The notes below the pieces were generated by a model that was given only the letters and a program-made list of their open reading frames with translations, was not told the origin of the DNA and made no database searches. Shown in pieces: positions 1-11,400 of a DNA stretch of 64,000 nt. The translations under genes and the position numbers were made by a program. The stretch comes from Ostreococcus lucimarinus (Eukaryota): NCBI GenBank assembly GCA_000092065.1, contig CP000583.1; one strand, written 5' to 3'. Numbering within the stretch: position 1 is the stretch's first letter; the number at the start of each line of letters is the position of its first letter.

Positions 1-1990
1 CGACGAGTTCGTCGACGACTTCGCGCACCGCCATACCTTCGGCTCGATTCGGGCCACCGTCTCGCCGCGCTCGCAGGAGCGACTCGACTGCGTCCCGCCG
101 CGCAGCTTTGATCTCGCCCGGTGATATGTAAAGTCCGTCCGTAGCCTGCGCGTCGACGTCTGCGATACCTCGAAGGGTGGAGACATCCACACTTGCCACC
201 ACGAGCGGCGTTCCGCCGAGTTCGCCGATGGCTTTCTTCAACGAATTTTCGTCGAGCGCCTTGTTTTGACTCTTCTCCAACACAGAACCAGTGCGAGCTT
301 CTCCGAATCGTCCGGCATCATCGATGATTTTGATGACTAGCGGTTCACCGATCGCACCACTCGCGACGACGGTGCACGGATCTCGACGACCGTCGCGACT
401 CGGCTCGGCCTCCGCGGGAACCATCTTCGCGAGCTTGGCCTCGAGCGTCGGGTCGGATGTTCTCCACACTAGCTGTCCAACCTCGACCCGGTTGAAATCG
501 ATTTGGTTCGCACCGAACGTAACGGTGTACTCGCCCGCGGTGATGCGGTCGTCGTCTTTACCGCCCACGAGCGCTCGATTGCGATCAAAAATTTCGTAGA
601 CGCGACCGCCCTCCTCCTTCTCTTGCGGCTCGCCTCGATCGATGACGACGCCATCGCCGCGCTTCATCGCCGCGCCGTCGCTCGTGCGTACGACTATCTC
701 ACCGTTCGAGCGTCTGCCGTCCGGCTTGATCACGCGCACGATTTCTCCGAGCAAGACGCCGCGATGCCTTGGGGCTCGTCCGCGAACGAGATTTTGATGC
801 CGCGGTCCCTCCAGGAAACCGCGCGTCAATCCATCGAAATCCGCGTCTTGGCCGCGCGCGAACACTTGCGTGAGTTCCAGTCGCTGCTCTTTCGAGAGCA
901 ATTCGGAGCGCTTCACGTCGCGTCCGCTCTGCATGGCGTCCCACGCCAAGTCCACCGCGCGGCGATACGCCTGCGTGGCGATGGCGACGTACTCTGGACC
1001 TTTCAATCGTCCTTCGATTTTAAAGCACCCCACGCCGGATTCGATGAGCTCGGGCACGAGCTCGACCGCCATTAAATCTTGCGGTGACAACAAATATTTT
1101 ACATCCCCCATCTCGCGCAGCTCGCCGTCGACGACCAATCCGTACGGCATTCGACACGCCTGCGCGCACTGACCGCGATTCGCCGACCGACCGCCCCAGG
1201 CTTCGCTCGAAAAGCACTGTCCACTGTAGCTCACGCACATCGCCCCGTGCACGAACGCCTCGACCTCGACGTCCGGACAGCTCGCTTTCACCGCGGCGAT
1301 GTCCGTCACGCTCAACTCTCGACCGACGACGACGCGCTTGCACCCGAGCTCTCGCGCGAAGCGCGCGCCCTCCGCGCTCGTCACGCTCATCTGCGTCGAC
1401 CCGTGTATGGGCAAATTCGGCGCCGTCTTCCGAATCAACCGCGTCACCCCCACGTCCTGCACGATCACCGCGTCCACGCCCGCGCGCGCCACGCCTCGAA
1501 TCAGCGTTTCCGCCAACCGCAACTCCTCGTCGAACACCAACACGTTCATCGTCACGTACGCTCGCCGCCCGCGCGACTTCACGTACGCCATCACCTCATC
1601 CAGCTCATCCAGCGTAAAATTACTCGCCCGCGCGCGCGCGTTCAGCGCGTCGAGCCCAAAGTACACGCAATCCGCGCCGGTCTCGATCGCCGCGCGCAAC
1701 TGCGGCCATCCGCCCGCCGGCGCGAGCACCTCCGGCTTCGCGCGCGCCGCCGCCGCCGCCGTCCCCTCCTCGCGCGCGGCGTCCTCGCGCGCGGCGTCGC
1801 GCCACGACGTCGACGACGATAACTCGCGCGACTCTCTCAGGTATCGCGCGCCCTTGCGCGCGCCCTCGGCGCGCGCGCGCGGCGTCGTCAACGTTCGCGC
1901 GCCGTCGCGGCGGCGGCGCGCGTTCGCGCCTCGCGTCGCGCGTCGCGCGCGCGGCGCGCCGCCGACGCGCGGCGACGCGTCCGCGAGCAT
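1..1990 (-). CDS. Peptidase U32 family protein (collagenase-like; YegQ/RlhA/UbiU-type), C-terminus runs off the left edge
   Basis: Absent from the ORF track because no stop lies inside the window. My reverse-strand translation is open from 2059 down to base 1. It reads ...KPEVLAPAGGWPQLRAAIETGADCVYFGLDALNARARASNFTLDELDEVMAYVKSRGRRAYVTMNVLVFDEE...IHGSTQMSVTSAEGARFARELGCKRVVVGRELS...EAFVHGAMCVSYSGQCFSSEAWGGRSANRGQCAQACRMPY...CFKIEGRLKGPEYVA. This is the U32 signature core. First in-frame ATG is at 1990-1988. A TGA at 2062-2060 closes the frame upstream. Confidence 0.85.
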   Translation of the reverse strand, partial: MLADASPRVGGAPRARRATRGANARRRRDGARTLTTPRARAEGARKGARYLRESRELSSSTSWRDAAREDAAREEGTAAAAARAKPEVLAPAGGWPQLRAAIETGADCVYFGLDALNARARASNFTLDELDEVMAYVKSRGRRAYVTMNVLVFDEELRLAETLIRGVARAGVDAVIVQDVGVTRLIRKTAPNLPIHGSTQMSVTSAEGARFARELGCKRVVVGRELSVTDIAAVKASCPDVEVEAFVHGAMCVSYSGQCFSSEAWGGRSANRGQCAQACRMPYGLVVDGELREMGDVKYLLSPQDLMAVELVPELIESGVGCFKIEGRLKGPEYVAIATQAYRRAVDLAWDAMQSGRDVKRSELLSKEQRLELTQVFARGQDADFDGLTRGFLEGPRHQNLVRGRAPRHRGVLLGEIVRVIKPDGRRSNGEIVVRTSDGAAMKRGDGVVIDRGEPQEKEEGGRVYEIFDRNRALVGGKDDDRITAGEYTVTFGANQIDFNRVEVGQLVWRTSDPTLEAKLAKMVPAEAEPSRDGRRDPCTVVASGAIGEPLVIKIIDDAGRFGEARTGSVLEKSQNKALDENSLKKAIGELGGTPLVVASVDVSTLRGIADVDAQATDGLYISPGEIKAARRDAVESLLRARRDGGPNRAEGMAVREVVDELV

Positions 1991-2426
1991 CGCGGCGACG
2001 CGCGCGCGACGTCCTCGCGGCGCGCGCGCGTCGACGGCGCGCGACGCGTCGATGTGGCGTCACTTCGCGGCATGCGCGCGGTGCTCGCGCACGCGCGCGA
2101 CGCGACGCGCGCGCGGCGCGACGTCGCCGCGCACGTGCACGTGCGGGTGCGTCGCCGCGATCGACGCGCGGACGCGCGCGCCGGACGCGCGACGCGCGCG
2201 ACGCGAGAGTGACTGACGACGCGACGGCTCGGCGTCGGCGCAGGATTCGACGACGACCGGCGCGGGGGCGCTCGTGGTCGACGCGCTCGTCGATGGACAC
2301 GCGCGGGACGTTCGCGCGGGCGACGCGGCGTCGCGAGCGGTCGTGCGCGCGCGATGGACGCGAGGGCGGGCGCGCGGGACGCCGACGGCGGATGTGGACT
2401 TGGCGGCGACGCGAGGCGAACGCGCG

Positions 2427-3260
2427 ATGACGGATGCGATTCTAGCCGTCGTCGAGCGCGAACGGACGGTGGTGACGACGCGAGACGCGACGCGGGACGC
2501 GACGGCGACGACGACGGGGCGCGGGCGGCGGAGCGGGGCGTTCGGGTACAAGCCGGACGCGGAGGCGAACGCGACGGTGGTTTTGGACTGCGCGAGCAAG
2601 ATACGACGCGCGTACGGCGAAAAGGCGCTGATTCGCGTCGTGCGCGCGCTGCGGCGACACAGAAACGTGTGCTTGGTGGTGACTTTGGGGGTCGGGACGG
2701 CGACGGCGCGCGAGACGTGCGAGGCGGAGGCGTCGTGCGTGGCGACGTGCGAGCCGGCGGAGGGCGACGACGACGGGTCGCGGGCTCGTTTAGACGTAGA
2801 AATCAGACGCGCGTGCGGACGGCGGCGTCGCGAGCGCGAGCGCGTGATCATTAGAGACGACGATTCTCTCGAGTTCGCGCCGTGCGAGGCGGAATCCGTG
2901 GAAGATGCGGTGGCGCGCGCGCTGCGCGTCGGCGACGACGACGCCGAGACGCGCGCCGCGAGGCGTCTCCAAGCCGTCGTCCCGTTCAATCTCGGCGTCA
3001 GTCTCACCGCGGAAGAGCGCGAGGCCAAGCGCAACGTGAAGCTCTCCTACGAGCACCAAGGCGTGCGCGGCGTCGAGGCGTACGACACGGGTGATTTTTT
3101 AGCCTACCTCCCGCCCGACGCCGGCGGCCGCGGCGTCGCCCTCGGCGTCGCCAAGCCCGGTCGCGGTCACATCTATTACGAGCGCGACGCCGCGGACGAA
3201 GACTTAGACGACGACGATCTTCACGTCGACACCGACGACGAGCTCGAGGAGGATTATTAA
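2427..3260 (+). CDS. ELP5: Elongator complex subunit 5 (ELP5/IKI1)-like protein
   Basis: Track ORF 2274..3260 begins on GTG; first in-frame ATG is 2427. The C-terminal block PFNLGVSLTAEEREAKRNVKLSY ... GHIYYERDAADEDLDDDDLHVD resembles, from memory, the conserved ELP5 tail (TFNLxLSxxEREARxxLxLPF ... HIFYEPDAxDDLDxEDPDDDLD). The N-terminal half is only weakly informative. Confidence 0.55.
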   Translation: MTDAILAVVERERTVVTTRDATRDATATTTGRGRRSGAFGYKPDAEANATVVLDCASKIRRAYGEKALIRVVRALRRHRNVCLVVTLGVGTATARETCEAEASCVATCEPAEGDDDGSRARLDVEIRRACGRRRRERERVIIRDDDSLEFAPCEAESVEDAVARALRVGDDDAETRAARRLQAVVPFNLGVSLTAEEREAKRNVKLSYEHQGVRGVEAYDTGDFLAYLPPDAGGRGVALGVAKPGRGHIYYERDAADEDLDDDDLHVDTDDELEEDY

Positions 3261-3601
3261 CGCACCCGCGCCCTCGTCTCTCGCTCTCGCGCTCCCTTCG
3301 CCCCTCGCGCGCTCGGCGTCCGCTCGGAAAGAGCCCATAACTCGCGAGACGCCACCGTCGTTTCGGCGCGCGGCCGACTTTCGCGAAGTCAAGGCGTCGT
3401 AAATCCCCAGCAAAGGCAGTATGGTAATTTTTGCCCGCGCGCGCGCGCGCGCGTCTTCGACCCCCCCGAACCGCCGAACCGACGCGCGGCGTCGCTCGAC
3501 GACACGAAGCGTCGCGAAGGGTCGACTCGACCCTCGCCGCACACCGCGCCGCGCCGCGCCGGCCCGCGCGCGCGCGAGGGCGACGCGAGACGAAACGCGG
3601 C

Positions 3602-5032
3602 ATGGGCGACGGATCCGACGCCGCGCGCGGTCGCGTCGCGCGCGCGTCGCGCCCCGTCGCGCTGTACGCGCTCGCGTGCGGCGCGCTGACGCTCGCGACG
3701 TCGACGTGCGCGTCCGCGGCGACGCGCGCGGCGGGCGCGCCGCGCGGCGCGGCGTTCGCGCTCGCGCACGCGCTCGCGCTCGGACGACTGAGCGGCGCGC
3801 TCGCCGAGCGATGGCCGCCGACGCCGGCGCTCACGGCGCAGACGCTCGCGGGGACGCTGCTGCGAAACGTCCCGGGCGCGCGCGAAGCGATCGGCGGCGC
3901 GGTGCACCGCGACGCGTCGACGCTGGCGAGAGCGTTCGCGCTGGGATTGATATTGGCGCGCGCGGGGCTGGCGCTGGACGCGGCGACGGCGCGACGACGC
4001 GCGCGGGAGGTGGCGACGCTGGCGACGATTCCGGGGACGCTGGAGATGCTGGCGACGACGGCGCTGGGCGCGGCGTTCTTCGAGCTACCGATCGCGACGG
4101 CGTTCGCGCTGGGATTTTTGATGTGCGGGATATCGCTGGCGGTGGTGATTCCGCCGGCGGTGGCGATGAAGCGGACGGGGCTGGGCGTGGAGGCGGGCGT
4201 GCCGGATCTCGTCGTCGCCGCGAGCTCGTTTGACGGAATTCTGTGCATAGTCGGCTTCGGCGTGTGCGGCGGCGTCGTGGCGGCGTCGGGGGGGGGCGGG
4301 GCGAGCGCGATGGCGTGGAAGGTGCCGACGCAACTCGTCGTCGGCGCGCTCGGGGGAGTCGGCGCGGCGGAGTTCGCGACGAGGTCGGGATTGTTGTCCG
4401 CGCCGGGGAATCGCGCGAGCGCGACGTCGGACGCGTCGATGATTTTGTCCGTGGTTTTGTTGATTTTGTTCGCGGCGAAACGGTTGGAAGTGAACGGCGG
4501 AGGAGCGCTGGCGAGCATCGCGTTTTGCGTCGCCGTCTCGAGCGCGTGGAAATCGCGCGGGATGGAGGACGCGCTCAAGGAAACGACGGCGTTTATGAAC
4601 GCGCTGTGGGCCGAGTTCGCGGCGCCGCTTTTGTTCGTCATCATCGGATGCACGCTCGATTTGCACGCGATGACGGGCGACGTCGCGGCGAAGGCGATCG
4701 GAATCATAGCTCTCGGGGGAATTGTGCGAGCGCTCGGTGTCTTTTTGAGTACGGCTGCGAGCGAGTCGATGAATCTTCGCGAGCGAGCGTTCATCGCTCT
4801 CGCATGGACACCCAAGGCGACGATTCAGGCGGCTTTGGCGAACGTGGTTTACGACCAAGCGGTCACCGCTCATGGCGTCGGCTCGCCCGAGGCGCTCGAT
4901 GGCGAAAAGCTTTTACAAACCGCGCTGTTGTCGATTTTAATCACGGCGCCCTTGGGCGCCTGGTGCATCGCCTACTTCGCCCCGCGGCTTTTGAAGCAAG
5001 AGACGAAGCCCGTCGCCATCGCTGTAGCATAG
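3602..5032 (+). CDS. Cation/proton antiporter, NHA (SLC9B)-like CPA family
   Basis: Track ORF 3431..5032 begins on TTG; first ATG is 3602. The protein is multi-pass hydrophobic throughout. It carries AWTPKATIQAALANV, which resembles the AW(I/L)PKATVQAA motif I recall for NHA2-type exchangers. Confidence 0.7.
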   Translation: MGDGSDAARGRVARASRPVALYALACGALTLATSTCASAATRAAGAPRGAAFALAHALALGRLSGALAERWPPTPALTAQTLAGTLLRNVPGAREAIGGAVHRDASTLARAFALGLILARAGLALDAATARRRAREVATLATIPGTLEMLATTALGAAFFELPIATAFALGFLMCGISLAVVIPPAVAMKRTGLGVEAGVPDLVVAASSFDGILCIVGFGVCGGVVAASGGGGASAMAWKVPTQLVVGALGGVGAAEFATRSGLLSAPGNRASATSDASMILSVVLLILFAAKRLEVNGGGALASIAFCVAVSSAWKSRGMEDALKETTAFMNALWAEFAAPLLFVIIGCTLDLHAMTGDVAAKAIGIIALGGIVRALGVFLSTAASESMNLRERAFIALAWTPKATIQAALANVVYDQAVTAHGVGSPEALDGEKLLQTALLSILITAPLGAWCIAYFAPRLLKQETKPVAIAVA

Positions 5033-5087
5033 TAGGATTAGCAAACGACGTTGCAACAATTCATCATAATTAAAATCTCTTCGCGTA

Positions 5088-6482
5088 TTAAATGTCGATC
5101 GACTCCTTCGTAAAAGCCGGCATTTCGAAGGCGGAGGCGAACGCCTCGACTTCGTCGCGCATGGCGGCCACCTTGGGGTTGTTATCGAGACCTTTCTTCC
5201 AGTCTTTGAGCATCTTTCCATGGCTCTTTTGCACTTCTAAGCACAAATCGGCGGCGCGGGAGAGGAATTCGGCGATTTGCACAAAGTCCGACTCCACGAG
5301 ACCGCGAGACGTCATCGCAGGGGCGCCGATGCGCACGCCACCCGGAGAAAGCGCACTTGCGTCGCCGAACACCGCATTCTTGTTCAAAGTAATGTGCAAA
5401 AGATCGCACAGGTATTCCATCTTGCTCCCAGTCAAACCGAGCGGGCGCAAATCCCAAAGCACCAAGTGGTTATCCGTACCGCCAGTGACGAGGTTGTAGC
5501 CCTTGGACACCAACGTTTCGCCCAACGCTCTGGCGTTCGCCTTAACTTGCTTGATGTACGTCTTGAACTCAGGGGTTTGCGCATACTTGAGCGCGACCGC
5601 CAACGCGCCGATTTGGTGGTTGTGCGGACCGCCTTGCAGCGCTGGAAAGACGGCCATGTTGATGCGCGATTCGTAGTTGTAATCCTTGCCCGTCTTCGCG
5701 TTGACGCCGCGGCGGAAGAAAATCATCCCCGAACGCGGACCGCGAAGAGACTTGTGCGTCGTCGTCGTCACGATGTCACAGTATTCGAACGGTTGTGCTT
5801 GTTCTTCCGCGGCAACCAAACCGGAGATGTGCGCCATATCCATCATCAACATCGCCCCGCACTTGTCGGCAATTTCCCGGAAACGTGCGTAATCCCAATC
5901 TCTCGCGTACGCCGAACCACCGCAAACGATCATCTTCGGTCGGAAATCCATCGCCTTTTCTTCGAGCTTATCGTAATCGATGTACCCAGTCTTCGGGTCC
6001 ACCTTGTACGGCAAAGATTCAAAGAAAATTGACGTCGCCGAAATCTTCTTCCCGTTTGAGTTGTAATATCCGTGCGTCAGGTGTCCACCGCTCGGCAGAT
6101 CCAATCCCATGATTCGATCGTGCGGGTTCAACAACGCCGTGTACACCGCCATATTCGCCGGCGATCCACTGTACGGCTGCACGTTCACCCCCCATTCCTT
6201 CTCGTCCAGGCGATACGCCGCCAACGCTCGCCTCTGGCACAGCGTCTCCACTCGATCGATCACCTCGTTCCCACCGTAATACCTCGCCCCCGGCAACCCT
6301 TCCGAGTATTTATTCGTCAACGCGCTTCCCAGCGCTTCCATCACCGGCGCGGACGTGAAATTCTCGCTCGCGATGAGCTCGATGCCACCGATTTGCCGGC
6401 GCTTTTCGAGTTGAATCAGATCGTACATCTCCTTGTCCGCGCTCTTCAGCGGCGCGAGCGCTTCGGGGAAGACGCGATTCAT
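5088..6482 (-). CDS. SHMT: Serine hydroxymethyltransferase
   Basis: Diagnostic blocks [43 protein letters not shown] and [15 protein letters not shown] (PLP-lysine motif). Track start 6506 is TTG; first ATG is 6482 (MNRVFPEAL...). Confidence 0.97.
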   Translation of the reverse strand: MNRVFPEALAPLKSADKEMYDLIQLEKRRQIGGIELIASENFTSAPVMEALGSALTNKYSEGLPGARYYGGNEVIDRVETLCQRRALAAYRLDEKEWGVNVQPYSGSPANMAVYTALLNPHDRIMGLDLPSGGHLTHGYYNSNGKKISATSIFFESLPYKVDPKTGYIDYDKLEEKAMDFRPKMIVCGGSAYARDWDYARFREIADKCGAMLMMDMAHISGLVAAEEQAQPFEYCDIVTTTTHKSLRGPRSGMIFFRRGVNAKTGKDYNYESRINMAVFPALQGGPHNHQIGALAVALKYAQTPEFKTYIKQVKANARALGETLVSKGYNLVTGGTDNHLVLWDLRPLGLTGSKMEYLCDLLHITLNKNAVFGDASALSPGGVRIGAPAMTSRGLVESDFVQIAEFLSRAADLCLEVQKSHGKMLKDWKKGLDNNPKVAAMRDEVEAFASAFEMPAFTKESIDI

Positions 6483-6691
6483 GGCGGGCGATGATCGCGA
6501 TGTCAAGCGACGGCGCGCGCGGCGGGAGTCGCGACGCGGGAGTCGCGCGTCGGTGTGACGCGCCGTCGCGGCGCGCGTGTGATTTTAGTAAAAACCCGCG
6601 TGTGGTAAAATCACACTCGCGCGCGCGCCGACGACGAAAGTTTCGCGACGGTTCGGTTGGAAGTTCGATCGTCGCACGCGCGAGCGCGCGC

Positions 6692-6757
6692 GACGCGAAC
6701 GACGCGAGCGACGCGAGAGCGCGACGCGAGCGACGCGAGCGACGCGAGGGACGCGAG
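6692..6757. repeat. Imperfect 9-bp repeat (GACGCGAGC)n abutting the GulLO-like start codon
   Basis: GACGCGAAC GACGCGAGC GACGCGAGAGC GCGACGCGAGC GACGCGAGC GACGCGAGG GACGCGAG ATG. It lies within the SHMT/GulLO bidirectional promoter and 5' UTR. Confidence 0.8.
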
Positions 6758-8434
6758 ATGCCGACGCGCGCGGTCGCGGTGGTGCTCGCGGCGACGCTGG
6801 CGGCGCGAGGCGCGCGCGGGGAACACCCTCGGGACGCGAGCAACTGGCAAGGAAAGCACGCGTGCGACGCGGCGGGCAGAGCGGCGAAGCCGCGGTCGGT
6901 GCGCGACGTGTCGGAGGCGGTGTACGCGTCGACGGATGCGCGCGCGAACGGTGCGGGGCACTCGTGGCATTCGGGATTGTTTTGCGCCGCGAACGGCGGG
7001 ACGCGCGTGGACGTGAGCGAGACGCGGGCGGTGCGCGCGGCGGAGCGTTTCGCGCTGGACGAAGGGGCGATGGCGGCGCGCGCGGACGCGGGGATGCTGA
7101 CGAGAGATTTGCTCGATGGGCTCGCGAGACGTGGGTACACGCTGCCGGCGTTTCCGTGGTTCATAGACCAGACGATCGGGGGGGCGATCGCGACGGCGAG
7201 TCACGGGAGCTCGCTCAGAGCGGGATCGCTCTCGTCGCAGATGGTGGCGTGCACGCTTGTCAAGGCAGATGGTTCCGTGGAGCATTTCTCCGAGGGCACG
7301 ACGCCCGCGCCGTTGTTCGACGCGCTGCGCGCGAACATCGGGCGGTTGGGTGTCGTCGTTGACGTCACGCTGCGCGTGGTGAAGAACACGCGAATCACTC
7401 GTAGAAACGAGGACGTGAGTCCCGAGGCGTTCGTCAACGAGATGCGGCGCGTGCAGGACGCGGTGCGAGCGTGCGAGCGCGATTACGCTGGCAACTTTGA
7501 CGCGCAGTGGTCGTGCGCGATGAACAAGCCAGAGGTGCGTGCGCTCGATGAAACCCAGTTTTTCTGGTACATTCCCCTCGGTGAAATGAGTCGCGTGCAC
7601 TTCGAGCGCGAGGAGCCGATGCCTTCGTTTCCTCGATACGACGAGCGAGGGTCGAAGGAGCTTTCCTCGATTTGGTATGGTTCGTTGAGCGGCAATGATT
7701 TGATTCGTGACTCGCCTCGCCGTGTTCGCGATATCACATCTCCTGTGACGCTGATGAGCGCCGACTCGATGGCGGAATCCTGGGCGAGACAATGGAAGCG
7801 CGCGACTCTCGCGAACATCGCCAATAACACAGAAGAACAACGAGATAATTTTTTATCGATGACTGAGCGCCAGTACGAGTTACATCAGCGATACGGGTAC
7901 GAGCAACTTGAAGTCGCGGTGCCGTTAACGAAGGCTGGCGATTGCATGCGCGCGTTCAAGGAGGCCTTGTACGACGACCGGCAGTTGAATTTAGGATTTC
8001 GCTCGCAGGCGTTACTTCGGTTCATCAAACCCGAAAGCGCGTGGCTGTCGCCCGCACATGGGCGACTTGGGTCCTTGTACATCAACATTGAAGATTTCAT
8101 CAAGTATTCCCGCTTGATCGATCGATATGGAAATCCACGCTTTGACGCCGCAGTTAAAATTTTACGCGGGGACTCGTGCGAAGGGAGATTGCACTGGGGG
8201 AAGTTTGGCTTCCCGGAACGCCGAGGGTGCTTTGACGGTGCCAAGGAGTATGGTGTTGCGTTTTGTCACTTCGGCTGTCACGTGCATCGTTTGGATCCCA
8301 CGGGAAAGTTTGCTGGAGATTCAGACGTCTTGCGCTTCGACGGCGTTGATTTCGTACACTGCTGCGGCGATGACGGATTGTTCAAAGAAAGCTCGACGTG
8401 TCGGTGCGCGCTAACGGATCGTCAATCATGCTAG
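6758..8434 (+). CDS. FAD-linked sugar-1,4-lactone oxidase (GulLO / D-arabinono-1,4-lactone oxidase family) with signal-like N-terminus
   Basis: The FAD-binding half contains ANGAGHSWHSGLF and TIGGAIATASHGSS. The ALO-type C-half ends in GRLHWGKFG. ATG 6758 gives the hydrophobic leader MPTRAVAVVLAATLAARGARG. The track start 6491 would overlap the SHMT start. Confidence 0.8.
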   Translation: MPTRAVAVVLAATLAARGARGEHPRDASNWQGKHACDAAGRAAKPRSVRDVSEAVYASTDARANGAGHSWHSGLFCAANGGTRVDVSETRAVRAAERFALDEGAMAARADAGMLTRDLLDGLARRGYTLPAFPWFIDQTIGGAIATASHGSSLRAGSLSSQMVACTLVKADGSVEHFSEGTTPAPLFDALRANIGRLGVVVDVTLRVVKNTRITRRNEDVSPEAFVNEMRRVQDAVRACERDYAGNFDAQWSCAMNKPEVRALDETQFFWYIPLGEMSRVHFEREEPMPSFPRYDERGSKELSSIWYGSLSGNDLIRDSPRRVRDITSPVTLMSADSMAESWARQWKRATLANIANNTEEQRDNFLSMTERQYELHQRYGYEQLEVAVPLTKAGDCMRAFKEALYDDRQLNLGFRSQALLRFIKPESAWLSPAHGRLGSLYINIEDFIKYSRLIDRYGNPRFDAAVKILRGDSCEGRLHWGKFGFPERRGCFDGAKEYGVAFCHFGCHVHRLDPTGKFAGDSDVLRFDGVDFVHCCGDDGLFKESSTCRCALTDRQSC

Positions 8435-8488
8435 ATATTTGCTAACGTTTCTATGACATGATTTTACTACAGTAATTCCAGTACTCCT

Positions 8489-11400
8489 CTAACGACACAC
8501 GCTCAGCACGCCGTCGCATCTCAAAGTTGCGAATAAACGAGAACTCGACAAGAGCTGGATCGCGCAAAACGGCGTTTGCTCGCCGTACACGGAAAGTGGT
8601 GAAAATCTCGCGACCTTCTCGTTACCTGACGATGTCAAAGCAAACACGCCTATCGTCGCACCGCTCACACTGAATACATCACCCTTGGTGCTCACAGCGA
8701 TGTCTCGAACCTCGTGTTGATGACCTCGAAACGTGCGCACTCGGCCGTCGAAGCGTTTCTTAGCGTCGCCGCGGGTGTCGATCATGCGCACATCCCAAAG
8801 AGCCACAGTCATATCGTCTGAAGCGGTGAGAATTTCGTAAGATTTACTCGATGGCGAGACGATTTTGTTGACGCCACCGTCGTGCGCCTTGACGTCGAAT
8901 ACCACGCCCGACGTTCGTAAATCGAACCCACACATGTATCCGAATCGATTGCTTGCGTACACCAAGCCATCCGTTGATGCATGCAACGCTTCCACCTCGG
9001 TGGCCGATGCGGCGTCGTCATTTGGACACTTGAATTGTCGAAATATTTTACCCGCCCCTGCATCTGCGATGAGGACTCCGCCGTTGGTCGTGCCGCCAGC
9101 AACGTAAGGCGAACCGCGAGCGCCGTCATAGACGCACATCGACTCGAATCCTCCCGCATCTCGCGAGTAAAACTGCCAGATGTGATCGCTATTCGTGTTC
9201 CAGACATGCATGTATCCTTTGTCGTCGCACGAACACGCCCTGGACACGTCACCTTCGTGGTCGTTGACAAAATCGAGAAACATGCTCGCCCTCACCGTAG
9301 CTTCGTGACCTGTGTAGGCTGACATCGCACCGCTCGAGTTTTCGCCCTCCGGACCGCTCGTACGCCACACACGAACGACGTTGTCGCCACGGGACGTCAC
9401 GCCGTTGGTAAGAAAGAGACGTTCATCAGCACTCACAGAAAGCGTTTGCGCCGACGGTCGAGCTATTCGACTGTGAACGCGCCACGACGTCAACGCCGCC
9501 ACATGTAGGCGCCATGGATCGTCGTCGACCGCTCCGGCATTCGCGAGCACGCTCGACATCGTTATCGTTTCAGTTTCATCATCTTCTTCGTGGTCTGACA
9601 CATCGCGTGGAAGCCAACCCCAAGCGCCAGCATTGTTCCTGTCGTTGCTCGAACGCTGATGCCACTCATCGAGGTGGTCGAGGACTGACGGCGCCGACGC
9701 AGTCGAGGCTTTGAAAATAAAAGCTTCAGACTGCGGACCAAGAGACTTCGCTAACGACGCTAAGATGTCGGCTACGAGAACGTGCGCTCCGGACGAAGTG
9801 TCGTCTCGATTGCTCTTTAATGCTTTGCGCAGAACGTCGACGATCCTTCGCAGCGCCACGGGCAACGGCGACGATTTTGCGATGAACGTCAACCCACACG
9901 TCACACGTGCTACTTCTTCTGCGCTGCAGAATTTGGGTTGCAAACATGCGATCAAGACTGGAATGAAAATGCGGTTGAACGTCGCCGCGCCCGTCGCTTT
10001 GCGAAGCGCGCGGAGGACAGCCATATCAAACAACTCGCGCTTCAATGTCGGGCCCTCGGCGTTTAAACAAGCGCTCGGCGCACTCACGGCGCGAAGAACA
10101 AGCGGTACTATCATGTCAATGACGTCCCGACGAGAGGCAACGCCGCACGCTGTCACCACTAAAGAAGACAAACACATCGCCACTTCCATCTCATCTTTCG
10201 CGGCGAGCGGTTTGCCCCCAACGTACGATTCGACTTCCGGGCATATATCGCCTAGGACGAGGTGTGCAACAGTCGGCGAAACTCCCTTGAGCGCGTCATC
10301 AGCGATCATAATCCTTGCCGCGCGCGATTCATGTGCGGTGCGCAAATTTCCAAGGACCATTGCCGCACTGCGGATATCTGTTGAAAACAACACCGAGTCG
10401 CGCACCGCGGAGGCGGCGATTGGCTTCGGCGAGTCCATTAATAGTTTTACCACATCTCGCGCTTCAACAGGCATGCGGTTCAGCCAATATTTCAGAGACT
10501 TGAAAAGCACTTGTGTGCGGTCGATATCATCGAATAAACCGTCACTGATCGACTTCATCGGTGATTTGTTAAAGAGGCCACTCACCGACGACGGCGTGTC
10601 GTCACTGTGCGCGGGACACGGCGCACCGGCGTATATGGCTCCCAATACGCGCCCGAGCGCTCGTAGATCTTTTTCTTGGACATTTCGTAGCGACGGTTCG
10701 GTAATCTTAATGATTGTTTCGACCGCATCGCACAGGTCATCCTCAGTGTTCACTGCTGGAACCGCGCGCGGAATTTCGCCAGCGCTTCGCTTTGGATGCG
10801 GCGCGTGAAAGATACAAAATCGTCCGCTCGATTTGAGCTTGCTCTTTTCGTCATCTCGCACCATGACATTCTTTGCGATAAATGCCGCCCTACCGTATGT
10901 GGCGTAACCAAAAGTCAAATCGATCCATGTGTGTAGATTATCGCTCACCGCTTTCGATTCGAGAGCTTCGCGATGAATTTTGATGAAGTAGTCTGCCGAA
11001 CCTTCGCCAACCTGAGACCAGGATGGCAAGGACAAATCGCGCATATCTTCGTGAATGGACGTGAACACGTTCGGGTTGAGGTAAAAGTCAATCGGTGCCT
11101 CGTCTGGCGACATTTCAAAAAGCCGCGCAATATCCTTGGGATATTCGTCGGCGACAAAGTTCGCTCGAACGACGCGCGCGAGCGTCGAGCGAGGCGTCCT
11201 TCGCGCCAATGCAATGCATGCGCCGAGTTCACTGAGACAATCGTCGCTCACGTGATGCGGCGGCGTCGTGTTTCGGTACGTAAAATCCAACTGTTCGTCC
11301 CCCTTGGTCAGACGCCATTTCGTTTTGCTCAAATCTCGCGCGCCGCGGAGAGAATCCGTCGAGGCGTCGAATGGAAACTCTTTAAAGTCTATCACCCACG

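Noticed and set aside
3004-4815. 603-aa minus-strand ORF antisense to the antiporter gene. Similar very long ORFs occur at 22993..24990(-), 23858..25411(-), 31765..34074(-), 20101..21264(-), 40708..42192(+), 14179..15240(-), 6611..7840(-) and 56851..58629(-).
   Set aside because: All are Arg/Ala/Ser/Pro strings with no motif. They lie antisense to, or out of frame with, genes that have strong homology signatures, or they lie in CGCG-rich spacers. At this GC content stop codons are rare, so long spurious ORFs are expected in several frames.
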